Assembly (NCBI GenBank): GCA_943354575.1
Contig: CALRCL010000001.1
Location: forward strand, 2,934-66,933
Direction: 5' to 3'
DNA: 64,000 nt
From: Patescibacteria group bacterium UBA4664
Lineage (GTDB): Bacteria; Patescibacteriota; Saccharimonadia; CAILAD01; BJGX01
Below are positions 51,235 through 62,705 of this stretch, one piece after another. A program made the translations under genes and the position numbers. Below the pieces are notes generated by a model, which was not told where the DNA came from, made no database searches, and worked only from the letters and a program-made list of their open reading frames with translations. The number at the start of each line of letters is the position of its first letter. Positions within the stretch are counted from its first letter, which is position 1.

Positions 51235-52101
51235 ATGTGGATCGTATATTCTCTATTGTGCGCACTTAGCGATAGTATCGCAAGTCTTATGAATAAGAAG
51301 CTTATTTCTAAAAAGCAAGATCCGATGTCGGTATCGTTGTTCATACATGCTTTTGGTGCTTTGGCTTTTTTTATACTCGCATTACTCACTGCCCAGAAAC
51401 TATTTCCAATCAGCAGTGAGCTGCTGTTGCTGTTGATAATTACAGCGGCGGCTACGGCGGCGGCAGGAGTAATACTGCTGATGGCGTTTCGCAAAGGAGA
51501 CCTCTCGCTGATTGCCCCAATCCAGACCATTACTCCTCTGCTGATACTAATAATTGCTATATTTTTCCTCAAAGAGACTCCTAGCCCTCTTGGCCTTATT
51601 GGTATTGTACTCATAGTGCTGGGTGGTATTTTGCTAGACAAGAACCCAAACGAAACACTCGGCTCAATAGCAAAGAGAATCGTCAGCTACAAACCTGCAC
51701 TACTGGGAGTTCTGGCTGCGGCGCTGTATGCCCTAGTTTCAGTTTTCGATAAAGGCGGCTTGAAGATTACTGCATTGGGAGTCTGGATATTTTACGTTTA
51801 TTTTTTTATATTTATTTTTTTACTACCGATAGTGCTTATTAAAAGACGCCGAGAGTTGATGAAATTAAAAGACAACAAGCTGCTGCTACTGGCTTCGGCC
51901 TTTTTTAGTGTATCGGCCATTTACCTTCAACTCCTAGCCCTTCAAACCGCGCTGGTGACCTATGTATTATCAATCAAAAGACTAAGCTCGGTGCTTGCGG
52001 TAATTCTGGCCTATTTTGTACTAAAAGAAAATCGAGCGCTCTTTAGGCTCAAGGGTGCTGCCATAATGGTGCTCGGAGCTATCTTGATTGGTCTGAGCTA
52101 G
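51235..52101 (+). CDS. EamA/DMT family transporter
   Basis: ~10 TM in two repeats; GDLSLIAPI, FLKE. Confidence 0.88.
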   Translation: MWIVYSLLCALSDSIASLMNKKLISKKQDPMSVSLFIHAFGALAFFILALLTAQKLFPISSELLLLLIITAAATAAAGVILLMAFRKGDLSLIAPIQTITPLLILIIAIFFLKETPSPLGLIGIVLIVLGGILLDKNPNETLGSIAKRIVSYKPALLGVLAAALYALVSVFDKGGLKITALGVWIFYVYFFIFIFLLPIVLIKRRRELMKLKDNKLLLLASAFFSVSAIYLQLLALQTALVTYVLSIKRLSSVLAVILAYFVLKENRALFRLKGAAIMVLGAILIGLS

Positions 52102-53491
52102 CACTAGTCCACTTCGCCTCATAAGCCTTGATATCAAACTTATTCTTTAAGCCGTTATAATTCATGTAGCGAATTTTTCCAAACACTGGCCTACTAAACC
52201 ATGCTCTGTCGTGTAAGCCGGCAACCGACCATAGCACACCCACATAGCCGTTGGGGTCGCCGCCGTCGATTGAGTAGTGGTCGTTGAGATAATTGGCATG
52301 CTCTACTGCTTGATGAGGGCTTTCACTCCACTCGAGTATTTTTTTTGCCCAGTACATACGCATGTAGCCGTGCATTTTGCCGGTTTTGGAGAGTTGCGAT
52401 TGGGCGGCATTCCAGGCTCCATCGTGAGTATTCAAATTTTCAAGCTCTTTTAGGCTATACAGGTATTCGCGTTCGTCGTGTTCGTGCTCAGCTAGGGTTT
52501 TCTTGGCCCAGTCTTTAGCACCTGCGAGTTTTTTATAGTTCGAATTGTAATAGCAATAATTGTCGGCCAGTTCTTTGCGAACTATTAGCTCTTCAAGTAG
52601 AGCATCAATACTATCGCCAATGGTTGGCTGGCCTTCATATTTAGCTAACCGCGGCTCTTTAATTAGTAGCGGGGTGTGGTGACGGGTAAGCTCAAGCGCT
52701 ACTCGCAGGGATGATATTTGACCATAGTGTAGGTAAGGGCTAAGCCCGCTTAAGCCATCGATGTTAGGATTATTACGATCTCCGGCATAGCCGGCTAAAC
52801 GGGTTTTAATAAATTCTTTAAGATGAGCCAAAGCCGCTTCCGACCCAGCTTCAAAATTGACAGTCGTGCCGTTGGTATCTATTTTTTGCACAATCTCATC
52901 GGCGCGGTCCCAATCAGGTTTCAGGCTCGGCTTCATTGCGATACTGTGCTTAAGAAGTTTTGGTGGCTCCTCAAGCCAATTTATAAGCTGTAAATGCACT
53001 TTCCTACGGAAGGTGTGGGCAGCAAATTCTTCATGCTCAGAGGCTGTCCAGATTGGGATAATATTATGAGTGTCAACCTCCTCTACACTACAATCAGCAT
53101 TATCTGCGATATAATTCTTGGTGTTTATAGGACCTTTTAGCGGACTAAAGTCAAAAACTATGGCGGCTGGTTGCAATTTATTCAACTGCTCCAGAAGTCC
53201 TGCGGCATGATCTTCAAAAAATAAAGTAAACTCAATATCATGCGCTCTGAGATCTGGCTCAACTAGCCTAAGGCCGGCTATCATAAATTGATAATGTTCT
53301 CTGGCTCTGTCGCCTGATTTTGATAAAAGGTTAAAAGCAACAACCAGAGGGAGTTTGTTCTCAAGCGCAATCTGCTGAGCGCGTAGTAAAGCATGGTTAT
53401 CGTGAACTCTTTGATCGCGGCTCATTACATAAATCACACACTTGCCGGCTTTTAAAGGCAAGCTATTGAGGTTTTTAGTGCGTTTGTCCAT
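52079..53491 (-). CDS. phr: Class II CPD photolyase
   Basis: YVMSRDQRVHDN, LSPYLHYGQIS, GKMHGYMRMYWAKK, IDGGDPNGY. Confidence 0.93.
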   Translation of the reverse strand: MDKRTKNLNSLPLKAGKCVIYVMSRDQRVHDNHALLRAQQIALENKLPLVVAFNLLSKSGDRAREHYQFMIAGLRLVEPDLRAHDIEFTLFFEDHAAGLLEQLNKLQPAAIVFDFSPLKGPINTKNYIADNADCSVEEVDTHNIIPIWTASEHEEFAAHTFRRKVHLQLINWLEEPPKLLKHSIAMKPSLKPDWDRADEIVQKIDTNGTTVNFEAGSEAALAHLKEFIKTRLAGYAGDRNNPNIDGLSGLSPYLHYGQISSLRVALELTRHHTPLLIKEPRLAKYEGQPTIGDSIDALLEELIVRKELADNYCYYNSNYKKLAGAKDWAKKTLAEHEHDEREYLYSLKELENLNTHDGAWNAAQSQLSKTGKMHGYMRMYWAKKILEWSESPHQAVEHANYLNDHYSIDGGDPNGYVGVLWSVAGLHDRAWFSRPVFGKIRYMNYNGLKNKFDIKAYEAKWTSASSDQSR

Positions 53492-53527
53492 AATATTTAT
53501 TATACAGCTATTAAGCCATAAGGTGGT

Positions 53528-56344
53528 TTATTTTTTGAGTGTCTTTTTGAGATAGCTGCCCGTATAGGAGCCAGCAATTTTTGCCACTTGCTCGGGAGTC
53601 CCTTGTGCAATTACGTTACCACCCTTGCTACCACCCTCTGGGCCCAAATCTATCACCCAGTCGGCACACTTGATGACATCTAAATTGTGTTCAATAACTA
53701 AGACAGAATTACCCATAGTTACTAAGGCATTTAGGACTTCGAGAAGTTTTTTTACGTCTTCAAAGTGCAGGCCGGTGGTTGGTTCGTCCAATATGTAGAG
53801 CGTACGGCCAGTTGCCCGTCGGCTTAGCTCCGTCGATAGCTTAATACGCTGAGCCTCTCCGCCTGATAGAGTTGTGGCTGGCTGTCCGAGCTTAATATAG
53901 CCCAGCCCCACACTTTTGAGCGTTTCTAGTTTGCGGTTGATGGCTGGAATATTGGCAAAAAAGTCGCAAGCTTCTTCGATCGTCATAGCCAAAACATCGG
54001 CGATGTTTTTACCTTTATAGACTATTTCAAGTGCTTCGCGGTTATAGCGCTTTCCATTACAGACATCACAGGTAACATAAACATCTGGCAAAAAGTGCAT
54101 TTCGATTTTGATTATTCCATCACCCTTACAATTTTCGCATCGCCCACCTTTGACATTAAAGCTAAAACGTCCAGCGCTGTAGCCTCTAATTTTGGCTTCA
54201 GAGACCATCGAAAATAGTTCCCTGATATCGTTAAATGCCCCGGTATAGGTCGCTGGGTTGCTGCGCGGGGTACGCCCAATTGGGCTCTGGTCGATATCTA
54301 TTACTTTATCAAGATTATCAGTGCCTTCGATAGATTTGCATTTGCCGGCCGGCTCTTGACTACGATGATACTCTTGGCTTAATCGGCGCGCCAAAATATC
54401 ATTAATAAGTGAGCTCTTGCCCGATCCAGATACGCCCGTAACGACAGTCATAATACCTAGCGGGATCTCAACCGATATATCATTCAGGTTGTGCTCAGTG
54501 GCTCCGACTATTTTGAGCGCCTTACCGTTTGGTTTACGGCGAAGTTTGGGTACTTCGATCGACTTTTTGCCAGATAGGTACTGCCCTGTCAATGACTCCT
54601 CGACCATAGCTACCTCGTCTGGTGTGCCAGCCGCCACAACTTGGCCGCCATGCTCACCAGCTGCAGGTCCGATGTCGATGACATAATCGGCCATTCTAAT
54701 GGTATCTTCGTCGTGCTCCACAACTATCACTGTGTTTCCGAGATTTTTGAGTTTCAAAAGAGTGGCGATTAGTCGGTCGTTGTCTCGTTGGTGCAGACCA
54801 ATCGATGGTTCGTCAAGTATATAAAGAACTCCCATCAGGCTTGAGCCGATTTGGGTCGCCAAACGAATACGCTGAGCCTCACCGCCGGCCAAAGTATTGG
54901 CACTTCTGTCTAGACTCAAATAGCTCAAACCGACATCATTTAAGAAGTTCAGGCGTGCCAAGATTTCTTGAATAATCTGATTAGAAATTATTTTTTGCTG
55001 TCCGACGAGTACGATTTTTTTATAATATGCCAGCGCATCTTCTACGGTCATTTCAGAAATATCGGCAATCGATTTGTCATTAATGGTGACTGCCAGTACC
55101 TCTGGCTTGAGTCTTTTACCATCACAGACCACACAAAGCTGACTGGTCATGTATTTTTCGATTTCTTTTTTAACAAAATCGCTATCAGACTCGTGATAAC
55201 GACGTTCGAGATTCGGAATAATACCCTCGAACTTAGTGCGGTAGGTTCTGCCGCTTGGTCCCGGTACGCCGATTTCTTCGTCGCCAGTACCATACAGAAC
55301 TATCTTCAGCTGGGCTTCAGAAAGCCTCTTAACGGGCATCTCGAGACTAAATTTGTGGGCTTTAGCCACAGCTTGAAGTAACTTGGTATACCAGTTTAGT
55401 CGCTGAGTAGTACGGCTCCAGGGTCGTATTGCGCCCTCTAATATACTAAGGCTCTGGTTGGGTATAATTAGCTCTTGGTCAATTACTAGTAGCGTTCCTA
55501 GCCCCATGCACTTAGGGCAAGCACCATGCGGAGAGTTAAAACTAAAAAGCCTAGGTTCGATTTCTGGCAATGCAAAATCGGAGTCGGCTGTAGTGTAGTG
55601 TTCGGAATAGAGCTTTTCTTCATTAGTATCATAATTAAGCACGCTAATGACACCATCACCAAGATGCAAGGCGGCCTCTACGGACTCAACTAGGCGCTGT
55701 GGGTTCTGCTTATCGATTGTCAAACGATCCGTAACAACCTCGATGGTGTGCTTTTTTTGTTTATTGAGGCTGGGTACTTCATCGATTGGGATGATATTGC
55801 CGTTTAGCCGCACCCTGGTGTAGCCAGCTTTTTGAATTTCATCGAGCAAATGAAGGTGCTCGCCTTTTTTATCTTTGACGATTGGTGCCAGCAAAACAAC
55901 TTTAGTATCTTTAATATTTTCAAAAATCAAATCAACTATTTGCTGGGGAGTCTGTTTAGTCAGAACTTCGCCCGTCTTAGGGTTGTGCGGTACGCCGACT
56001 CGGGCAAATAGTAGTCGCAAGTAATCGTATATCTCAGTTACGGTCGCAACCGTACTTCGGGGGTTTCGGCTAGATGACTTTTGGTCGATAGATATGGCCG
56101 GGCTCAAGCCATCGATTTGATCGACATCGGGCTTTTCCATGAGGCCTAAAAATTGCCTGGCGTAAGCGCTGAGGCTTTCGACATACCTGCGTTGACCTTC
56201 GGCATAGATAGTGTCAAACGCCAACGAGCTCTTACCGCTTCCGGAGAGTCCAGTAATTACCACGAGTTTATCGCGTGGTATTTCGACATCGATATTTTTG
56301 AGGTTGTGCTCGCGGGCACCCTTAACAATAATTTTATCGTGCAT
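53528..56344 (-). CDS. uvrA: Excinuclease ABC subunit A
   Basis: GLSGSGKSS, second ABC module, Zn fingers. Confidence 0.98.
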   Translation of the reverse strand: MHDKIIVKGAREHNLKNIDVEIPRDKLVVITGLSGSGKSSLAFDTIYAEGQRRYVESLSAYARQFLGLMEKPDVDQIDGLSPAISIDQKSSSRNPRSTVATVTEIYDYLRLLFARVGVPHNPKTGEVLTKQTPQQIVDLIFENIKDTKVVLLAPIVKDKKGEHLHLLDEIQKAGYTRVRLNGNIIPIDEVPSLNKQKKHTIEVVTDRLTIDKQNPQRLVESVEAALHLGDGVISVLNYDTNEEKLYSEHYTTADSDFALPEIEPRLFSFNSPHGACPKCMGLGTLLVIDQELIIPNQSLSILEGAIRPWSRTTQRLNWYTKLLQAVAKAHKFSLEMPVKRLSEAQLKIVLYGTGDEEIGVPGPSGRTYRTKFEGIIPNLERRYHESDSDFVKKEIEKYMTSQLCVVCDGKRLKPEVLAVTINDKSIADISEMTVEDALAYYKKIVLVGQQKIISNQIIQEILARLNFLNDVGLSYLSLDRSANTLAGGEAQRIRLATQIGSSLMGVLYILDEPSIGLHQRDNDRLIATLLKLKNLGNTVIVVEHDEDTIRMADYVIDIGPAAGEHGGQVVAAGTPDEVAMVEESLTGQYLSGKKSIEVPKLRRKPNGKALKIVGATEHNLNDISVEIPLGIMTVVTGVSGSGKSSLINDILARRLSQEYHRSQEPAGKCKSIEGTDNLDKVIDIDQSPIGRTPRSNPATYTGAFNDIRELFSMVSEAKIRGYSAGRFSFNVKGGRCENCKGDGIIKIEMHFLPDVYVTCDVCNGKRYNREALEIVYKGKNIADVLAMTIEEACDFFANIPAINRKLETLKSVGLGYIKLGQPATTLSGGEAQRIKLSTELSRRATGRTLYILDEPTTGLHFEDVKKLLEVLNALVTMGNSVLVIEHNLDVIKCADWVIDLGPEGGSKGGNVIAQGTPEQVAKIAGSYTGSYLKKTLKK

Positions 56345-56435
56345 TGACTAACTCCTTTGGCTTAGTGATAATTAAGTCGCAAAATCAGCTATCAATTGTA
56401 CTCTTGATGTCAATATAATTCAAGGGTTAGCTGGG

Positions 56436-57056
56436 CTAGCTTATAACTCTGTTTTCACCGTTATTGAGGTTTTGGCGTCGTTTTTCACTGTTTTCACTTT
56501 TGTCTTGCATACTCGCGACTCTGGATATTTCATTTTGACCCAATTCGCCCTCGAGCCAACCGCCACGGCTCACTACATCGGCCCTGATTGATGCCTTGCC
56601 AGCTAAGATATCAGCAGCTAGCCTGTGCCTACCACCTCCAATAGTCCAGTAAAACTTATCGTCTTGGTCTCGACTTAGTGTAAGGTATACGCGGTCTTTC
56701 CTCTCGGCCTCCTCGCGGTTGGCTTCGCTTGAGAGCCAGTCGATTCTGTCTTTACTTGAGGCGCCATCTTTAGATTGGCTACTCATCTGGGCTAGCAGAT
56801 CTACAATTTGCTTGCTTTGCAATAACTCGGCAATTGGAACATCACAGCTACCAAATATTACAGCTCTTTTCTGCTCTGGGTCGTTATAATCCAATGCTTT
56901 CTCATGCTGCGCCGGCAGCTTGGCTGCGAGCTCCTTCATATCTTGGCTAAATTCTTCGACGGGCAGGGCCTGCTCGCCTTTAGCTATCGCCTTTAGTTCG
57001 TTGTAGAGGGTGCTGGGGTGCTGGTCACTCGATTGTGGTGTAGGCTCGCCGTTCAT
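56436..57056 (-). CDS. Hypothetical protein with ParB/Srx-like motif
   Basis: [13 protein letters not shown] resembles ParB DGxHR; ATGA-coupled to uvrB. Confidence 0.6.
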   Translation of the reverse strand: MNGEPTPQSSDQHPSTLYNELKAIAKGEQALPVEEFSQDMKELAAKLPAQHEKALDYNDPEQKRAVIFGSCDVPIAELLQSKQIVDLLAQMSSQSKDGASSKDRIDWLSSEANREEAERKDRVYLTLSRDQDDKFYWTIGGGRHRLAADILAGKASIRADVVSRGGWLEGELGQNEISRVASMQDKSENSEKRRQNLNNGENRVIS

Positions 57057-59038
57057 TTGATTCTCTGGCTCTTAACAACATCAGCGATTTCTTCGATCTG
57101 GTCACGCAGCTCGGCGGCCTTCTCGAATTGCAGGTTAGCAGCTGCCAGCTCCATCTGCTCGGTCATTTGTTTTTCAAGAAAAGCGAGTTCGTCTTTTGGC
57201 ACTTTATAAAAGTCGATGCTTTCGAGGTCGGCTTTTTCAGCTTCAGCTTCGGCTCGCATGCTCTCAGATATAGCCTTCTGAATCGTGGTCGGGGTAATAT
57301 TGTGCTTTTCGTTGTAGCGTTGCTGTAATTCGCGGCGATTATTGGTGGTTTCGATTGCTCGCTGCATACTGCCAGTCATATTGTCGGCATATAGTATTAC
57401 TTTGCCATCTTGATGTCGAGCTGCTCTACCGATAGTTTGTATTAGAGCCGTCTCGGATCGCAAAAAGCCTTCTTTATCGGCATCAATAATTGCCACCAAA
57501 CTTACCTCTGGCAAATCTAGACCCTCGCGCAAGAGGTTAATACCGACCAGTACATCATAAACGCCAGCCCTGAGGTCTCTTAATATATCTACTCGCTCCA
57601 TAGTATCGACATCCGAATGAAGGTACTGGACCTTTATCTTTAACTCGCTGAGGTAGTCGGTAAGATCTTCCGACATTCGCTTGGTCAGTGTCGTTACTAG
57701 TACACGTTGGTGTTTTGCTACACGGTCGCGGATTTCTGCAATTAAGTCATCGACCTGGTGCTCGCTAGGGCGGACCTCGAGTATCGGATCGAGCAACCCG
57801 GTCGGGCGAATAATCTGCTTTACTATCTGCTGCGATCTGCTGAGTTCGTATGTACTTGGTGTAGCCGAAACATAGACAACCTTATCGACGTGGCGCTCGA
57901 ACTCGCTGAAGTTGAGTGGTCTATTATCCAGGGCGCTAGGAAGCCTAAATCCGTGCTCGATGAGGTTTTCTTTGCGTGCCCGGTCGCCGGCATACATTCC
58001 GCCGACTTGAGGTATCGACATATGGCTTTCGTCGATGAGCATCAAGAAGTCATCGGGAAAATAGTCCATTAGTGTGGCCGGCTGCTCGCCTGGCTCGCGG
58101 TTGGTGAGGTAGCGTGAGTAATTTTCGATACCCTTGACGTAGCCGGTCTGCTCCATAATCTCTATATCATACTTAATGCGGCTCTCGAGGCGTTGGGCTT
58201 CGATGAATTTGGCATTTTTCTTAAACCAAGCTACTCGCTCTTCAGCCTCGGCTCTGATTTCACTGATAGCTCTTTGTAGTTGATCTCTTGGGGTAACATA
58301 GTGCTTAGCTGGAAAAATACTAACATCGCTTAGTTTAGCGATAACTTCGCCGGTCAAATAATCGATTTGCTTGATGGAGGCAATTTCATCTCCAAAAAAC
58401 TCAATTCTGTAAGCGCACTCCTCGCCAACGGGAAAGATGTCGAGGTTTTCACCGCGCACCCTGAAGCTGCCACGCTCAAAACTAATATCATTGCGCTGAT
58501 ATTGGATATCGTTTAGTTGCCTCAAAAGCTTGTCGCGCTTGCGAACCTCTCCGACACTGAGCTTGATTGTCATACCAGCATAATCTTCGATGCTACCAAT
58601 GCCATATATGCAGCTAACCGATGCGACAATAATAACATCCTTGCGGCTAAGTAAGCTGGCGGTGGCGGCGTGGCGGAGGCGGTCGATCTCCTCATTGATT
58701 GCGCTATCTTTTTCGATATAAGTATCGCTACGAGCAATGTAGGCTTCAGGTTGGTAGTAGTCAAAATAGCTCACGAAGTAATGAACGGCATTATCTGGGA
58801 AGAATTCCTTAAATTCGCCATACAGCTGTGCTGCTAGAGTTTTGTTGTGGCTCAAAATCAAAGTTGGCTTACCATAATTTGCAATGACATTAGCCATTGT
58901 AAAAGTTTTTCCTGAGCCGGTTATACCCAGTAGAGTTTGGTCTTTTATATTTTTACTCAAACCCAGGCTGAGTTTTTTAATAGCCTCGGGCTGGTCTCCA
59001 GCCGGTGGAAACTTTGAATGTATCTTAAAAATGGTCAC
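57053..59038 (-). CDS. uvrB: Excinuclease ABC subunit B
   Basis: [23 protein letters not shown]-terminal UVR domain. Confidence 0.98.
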   Translation of the reverse strand: MTIFKIHSKFPPAGDQPEAIKKLSLGLSKNIKDQTLLGITGSGKTFTMANVIANYGKPTLILSHNKTLAAQLYGEFKEFFPDNAVHYFVSYFDYYQPEAYIARSDTYIEKDSAINEEIDRLRHAATASLLSRKDVIIVASVSCIYGIGSIEDYAGMTIKLSVGEVRKRDKLLRQLNDIQYQRNDISFERGSFRVRGENLDIFPVGEECAYRIEFFGDEIASIKQIDYLTGEVIAKLSDVSIFPAKHYVTPRDQLQRAISEIRAEAEERVAWFKKNAKFIEAQRLESRIKYDIEIMEQTGYVKGIENYSRYLTNREPGEQPATLMDYFPDDFLMLIDESHMSIPQVGGMYAGDRARKENLIEHGFRLPSALDNRPLNFSEFERHVDKVVYVSATPSTYELSRSQQIVKQIIRPTGLLDPILEVRPSEHQVDDLIAEIRDRVAKHQRVLVTTLTKRMSEDLTDYLSELKIKVQYLHSDVDTMERVDILRDLRAGVYDVLVGINLLREGLDLPEVSLVAIIDADKEGFLRSETALIQTIGRAARHQDGKVILYADNMTGSMQRAIETTNNRRELQQRYNEKHNITPTTIQKAISESMRAEAEAEKADLESIDFYKVPKDELAFLEKQMTEQMELAAANLQFEKAAELRDQIEEIADVVKSQRIK

Positions 59039-59056
59039 GCTACTATTGTAGCAACT

Positions 59057-59182
59057 TTAGCGACCAATAAGTACAGATTTGAGCACAGTAACAAAATTAG
59101 GTTTTTGGATAGCCAAAACCTTGATTTCTGCTTCTGAACTGTAATATTCGATTCGTATTTTTTTGGTTTGTGTTGTAAGCAT
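59057..59182 (-). CDS. Possible 41-aa small protein
   Basis: Manual ORF MLTTQTKKIRIEYYSSEAEIKVLAIQKPNFVTVLKSVLIGR; no other support. Confidence 0.3.
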   Translation of the reverse strand: MLTTQTKKIRIEYYSSEAEIKVLAIQKPNFVTVLKSVLIGR

Positions 59183-59270
59183 TTCTTTTTGTTTTTAATT
59201 ATTCTTAAATCTAATTGTGGATTATCATAAGCACTATGTCAATAGGCAATTTAGATGATTATTGTAAAAA

Positions 59271-59429
59271 CTATTTAATACCAACTGTAGCGGCGAAACT
59301 CTTATAGACCAGGAATACGCCGACCAACACAAAAAGTGCGCAGACCATTATTACTGTCAGCTGGTTGGCTCTTGTGATTGGGCGGGCCTTGGATGATGAA
59401 ACTCGGCTGGGCGTTTTTGTTCTAGACAT
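59271..59429 (-). CDS. 52-aa single-TM small protein
   Basis: Manual ORF MSRTKTPSRVSSSKARPITRANQLTVIMVCALFVLVGVFLVYKSFAATVGIK; AGAGGAAG upstream. Confidence 0.65.
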   Translation of the reverse strand: MSRTKTPSRVSSSKARPITRANQLTVIMVCALFVLVGVFLVYKSFAATVGIK

Positions 59430-59518
59430 TTTGCTTCCTCTAATTTGTTATGCTTTTATATAGTGTAGATTATACGCTGCACTGAGTTCTCGTCAAGCTG
59501 TATTGTCTTGGGTCAACT

Positions 59519-59764
59519 TCAGGCAAATATAGAATCTAGCTTGGCCTTATCAAAACCAACTACTATCTCGCCACCAGCATCAATCACTGGCACGCCCATT
59601 TGGCCTGACTTGTCTACCATTTCCTGCACTCTGTCGCGGTCTTCGGCAAGGTCTACTAGCTCATAGGCTATATCGTTATCAGCAAAATACTCTTTGACAT
59701 TTTTACAAAAAACACATGTGGGGGTGGTATAAAGTATTACTTTTTTATCACTTTTAGAGCTCAT
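59519..59764 (-). CDS. Glutaredoxin-like protein (NrdH/YruB type)
   Basis: YTTPTCVFC, SGQMGVPVI, VGFD. Confidence 0.92.
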   Translation of the reverse strand: MSSKSDKKVILYTTPTCVFCKNVKEYFADNDIAYELVDLAEDRDRVQEMVDKSGQMGVPVIDAGGEIVVGFDKAKLDSIFA

Positions 59765-59801
59765 AATTTTTCTCCTTTTACTTTAATAAGTTTAGCATCA
59801 T

Positions 59802-60731
59802 TTATATTTTTGCCAAGTACTGTGAGGCCTGAATTGCGGCTTTGGCACCTTCACCAGCTGCTGTTATGATCTGCTTTTCGATAACAGTGGTAATGTCACC
59901 TGCTGCAAAGATGCCAGCTACTGAAGTCATATTGTATTCGTCTATGATTATTTCAGAGTGCTTGTTGAGCTTAACGAGTCCCTTCAAATAGTCTGTTGCT
60001 GGCAACGATCCGACTTCTATAAACACTCCCGATACAGGCAGGTCTTTCTGGAGTCCTCCGTCTCGGGATTTTATCCTTATCGAAGAAACAGTCTTTTCGC
60101 CCTCAATAGCTACGGCCTCGGTGTTGTTCATAACACGGACATGTGGCAGGTCCATAACCTTATCAATCATAACCTTATCGCCGTTGAGCTCCTTGGTAAT
60201 ATTAATGATATATATCTGCTTGACTAATTTGCAGAGATTAAGGACCGAGTCTAGGGCCGAGTTACCGCCGCCGATAATTGCCACGTCTTTGCCCTTAAAG
60301 AGTGGGCCGTCGCAATAAGCACAGTAAGCTACGCCGCGATTGAGAAACTCTTTTTCACCAGTTATTCCGAGCATGCGAGGTACCTTACCACCGGCAATAA
60401 TAATTGCCTTGGCAGTTTCGGATTTGCCGTCACCCGTCGCTATCACAAAATTCTTGCCCTTCTTTTTAATATCCTTAATGCCAGATATGCTGATTCTGAG
60501 CTCAAGGTCTTCCTTGAACTCATCTAAATGATCTTCAAATTTTTTAACTAAATCAGGGCCAGTGATCATACTGAAGCCTAGGTAGTTCTCGATATCACTA
60601 CTCCAGCTGGCCTGACCCCCAATGTCCTTACTGATAATTAGTGTCTTAAGTTTTTTACGAGCGGCATAAACTCCAGCTGTCATTCCGGCTGGGCCTGCTC
60701 CTACAATTATAATGTCGTAGAGGGTGCTCAT
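59802..60731 (-). CDS. trxB: Thioredoxin-disulfide reductase family protein
   Basis: GAGPAG, CAYCD, GGGNSA, GIFAAGD. Confidence 0.88.
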   Translation of the reverse strand: MSTLYDIIIVGAGPAGMTAGVYAARKKLKTLIISKDIGGQASWSSDIENYLGFSMITGPDLVKKFEDHLDEFKEDLELRISISGIKDIKKKGKNFVIATGDGKSETAKAIIIAGGKVPRMLGITGEKEFLNRGVAYCAYCDGPLFKGKDVAIIGGGNSALDSVLNLCKLVKQIYIINITKELNGDKVMIDKVMDLPHVRVMNNTEAVAIEGEKTVSSIRIKSRDGGLQKDLPVSGVFIEVGSLPATDYLKGLVKLNKHSEIIIDEYNMTSVAGIFAAGDITTVIEKQIITAAGEGAKAAIQASQYLAKI

Positions 60732-61741
60732 ACCAAAGCCATTTCCTTGGGCTGGTAGTCGTGTGGGGCTCTAGCTAGAAGGTTGAGTAGTTTCTGCTTT
60801 GGAAGTAGGCCGGCCTGTGCACCGAGTTGCTGGACGACACTCATGGGGTTTATGGGTGCCCAGCGAAGAGCAGTCTGGATATTTTCGCCACTGGCGATGG
60901 CTGCAACAAAAGTAGATGTATAGGCGTCGCCACAGCCGGTTCGGTCGAAGGGCTTTTTGGGGTCTGGGTAATTGCGCATACTATAGATTTTAGTACCATC
61001 GCTAGCGTAGCTACCCTTAGGACCATCAGTAACAACAACTACCTTGGGGCCAAGGCCATGAAGCAGCCTAATCAGCTTTGCAACATCGGTGCTATCACTG
61101 CCAGTGACAGTTTGGGCTTCTTCTAGATTTACAGCAAATATTTCGGTTTTTTGATATATTCTACGAAGTTTATTGACTCCCTCGCGAATTTGAAAAGTGC
61201 CGGGCTGAAAGGCTAGTTTTACGTCTGGGTTTTGCTCTAGGTAGCTAGCGATATGTTCATGGATGTGTTTGGCTTTCTCTCCAATCGAGCTTAGATATAT
61301 CCAACTCGGTTTTTTGCTTGAGCTAATTTGAGGCCAGCGATATGGGTATGCCTCGTGTTTAATCAAAATCGTACGATCGGCGCCATAGGACAAGACATAA
61401 TGATAGTTGCTACTCATGCCCCTATTGATAAAAACAAATTCGGTCGACACCTTGCGTGCCTGCAGACTCAAAAGTATTTCCTCGCCAACCTTATCATCGC
61501 CGATGTTGGCGTACAGACTAGAGTTAAGACCTAGAGTCGCAAAGCAAACAGCTGCATTAGGGCTATTGCCAACTCCATTTATTATAGTTGCTTTTTCGAA
61601 GGGCACCTTTGTACCAAATGTCATGCAGAGTAGTGGATGGTGCGAGCCAGGGTGCTCTACACTTGCTTCATGTGGTAATAGTTTTATAAATGCGTCCGTA
61701 ACAACATCTCCGATGCTTAATATATCTACTTTATGATCCAC
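60728..61741 (-). CDS. PfkB family carbohydrate kinase
   Basis: VVTDGPKG, DRTGCGDAY. Confidence 0.9.
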   Translation of the reverse strand: MDHKVDILSIGDVVTDAFIKLLPHEASVEHPGSHHPLLCMTFGTKVPFEKATIINGVGNSPNAAVCFATLGLNSSLYANIGDDKVGEEILLSLQARKVSTEFVFINRGMSSNYHYVLSYGADRTILIKHEAYPYRWPQISSSKKPSWIYLSSIGEKAKHIHEHIASYLEQNPDVKLAFQPGTFQIREGVNKLRRIYQKTEIFAVNLEEAQTVTGSDSTDVAKLIRLLHGLGPKVVVVTDGPKGSYASDGTKIYSMRNYPDPKKPFDRTGCGDAYTSTFVAAIASGENIQTALRWAPINPMSVVQQLGAQAGLLPKQKLLNLLARAPHDYQPKEMALV

Positions 61742-61742
61742 C

Positions 61743-62705
61743 TTATAAACCTCCTGTTTGAACATTCATAGTTCTTAATGCTGGTTTTTTTAATATTCCT
61801 GCTCTTGCGCCAAATACTTCTAGTACTGAGCAAGTGTTGGCACTTGCAAATGTAAGGGCTTCAGGGACTGATTTTTGCTGAAAGACAGAAGCCGTATAGC
61901 TTGCCGAAAATACATCCTCAGAGCCCGTAAAATCTAGTGTATTGATATTCTTATACTGACCGCAGCTATAGAGGGTGCTATCTTCATAAGCATAAGCTTC
62001 TTTATTTATATCATACAACAAAACCGATTTTGCTCCAAGAGCGACCAGCTGTCTAATAAGCTCCGACGGTTCAGTTACCCCTCCGAATAATTCTGTTGCA
62101 AAAGCAATGGGCATCATTATCCGGTCGACACTGGACAGCACAAAGTTTAGCTGTCGGCGCTTATAACCCTTTGAGCTATTGAGGTTAAGGGCCAATTGAG
62201 CACCCTTAAGTTTTGCCCAGTTTTCAAAAAATTTATACAAGCGCAGGTCGGTCGGTAATTCTGCCATATATATCAGTCTGGCACTAAGGTCGGGAAATCT
62301 AATGTCGCTTGCCTTAAGGGCGTTAGTGGAGTTTTGGTAACCTAACTTAATTTCGTGGGATCTCTCTGTGACCAAATGTATATTCATATCGGTGTGGTGT
62401 TCAGGATTACTAACCAACAGTTCGCTCTCAAGCTCTTCGTGTTTAGCTATAATTTTAATTTGGTTAGCCAGATGGTCTTTGCCTGTCCTGGCAATGCATC
62501 CGGCCTTGATTCCCTGGCGGGCAAAAGTTATGGCTGCATTAAGTCCCGGACCACCAGCCTCATAGACAGAATGTTCGATATTGTAGCTATTGTTGTCTTG
62601 AAGCTCTAGGGCTCCGTCACTGGTAAATTGACTGGGCCTGATATCCTTGCCACTGATAAAAATGTCGAAGCCAGCCGAGCCTACCGAAATGATATCGAGG
62701 TTCAT
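61743..62705 (-). CDS. PfkB family kinase-like protein (degenerate motif)
   Basis: GGPGLNAA, DFTGSEDVF in place of DTTGAGD. Confidence 0.8.
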   Translation of the reverse strand: MNLDIISVGSAGFDIFISGKDIRPSQFTSDGALELQDNNSYNIEHSVYEAGGPGLNAAITFARQGIKAGCIARTGKDHLANQIKIIAKHEELESELLVSNPEHHTDMNIHLVTERSHEIKLGYQNSTNALKASDIRFPDLSARLIYMAELPTDLRLYKFFENWAKLKGAQLALNLNSSKGYKRRQLNFVLSSVDRIMMPIAFATELFGGVTEPSELIRQLVALGAKSVLLYDINKEAYAYEDSTLYSCGQYKNINTLDFTGSEDVFSASYTASVFQQKSVPEALTFASANTCSVLEVFGARAGILKKPALRTMNVQTGGL

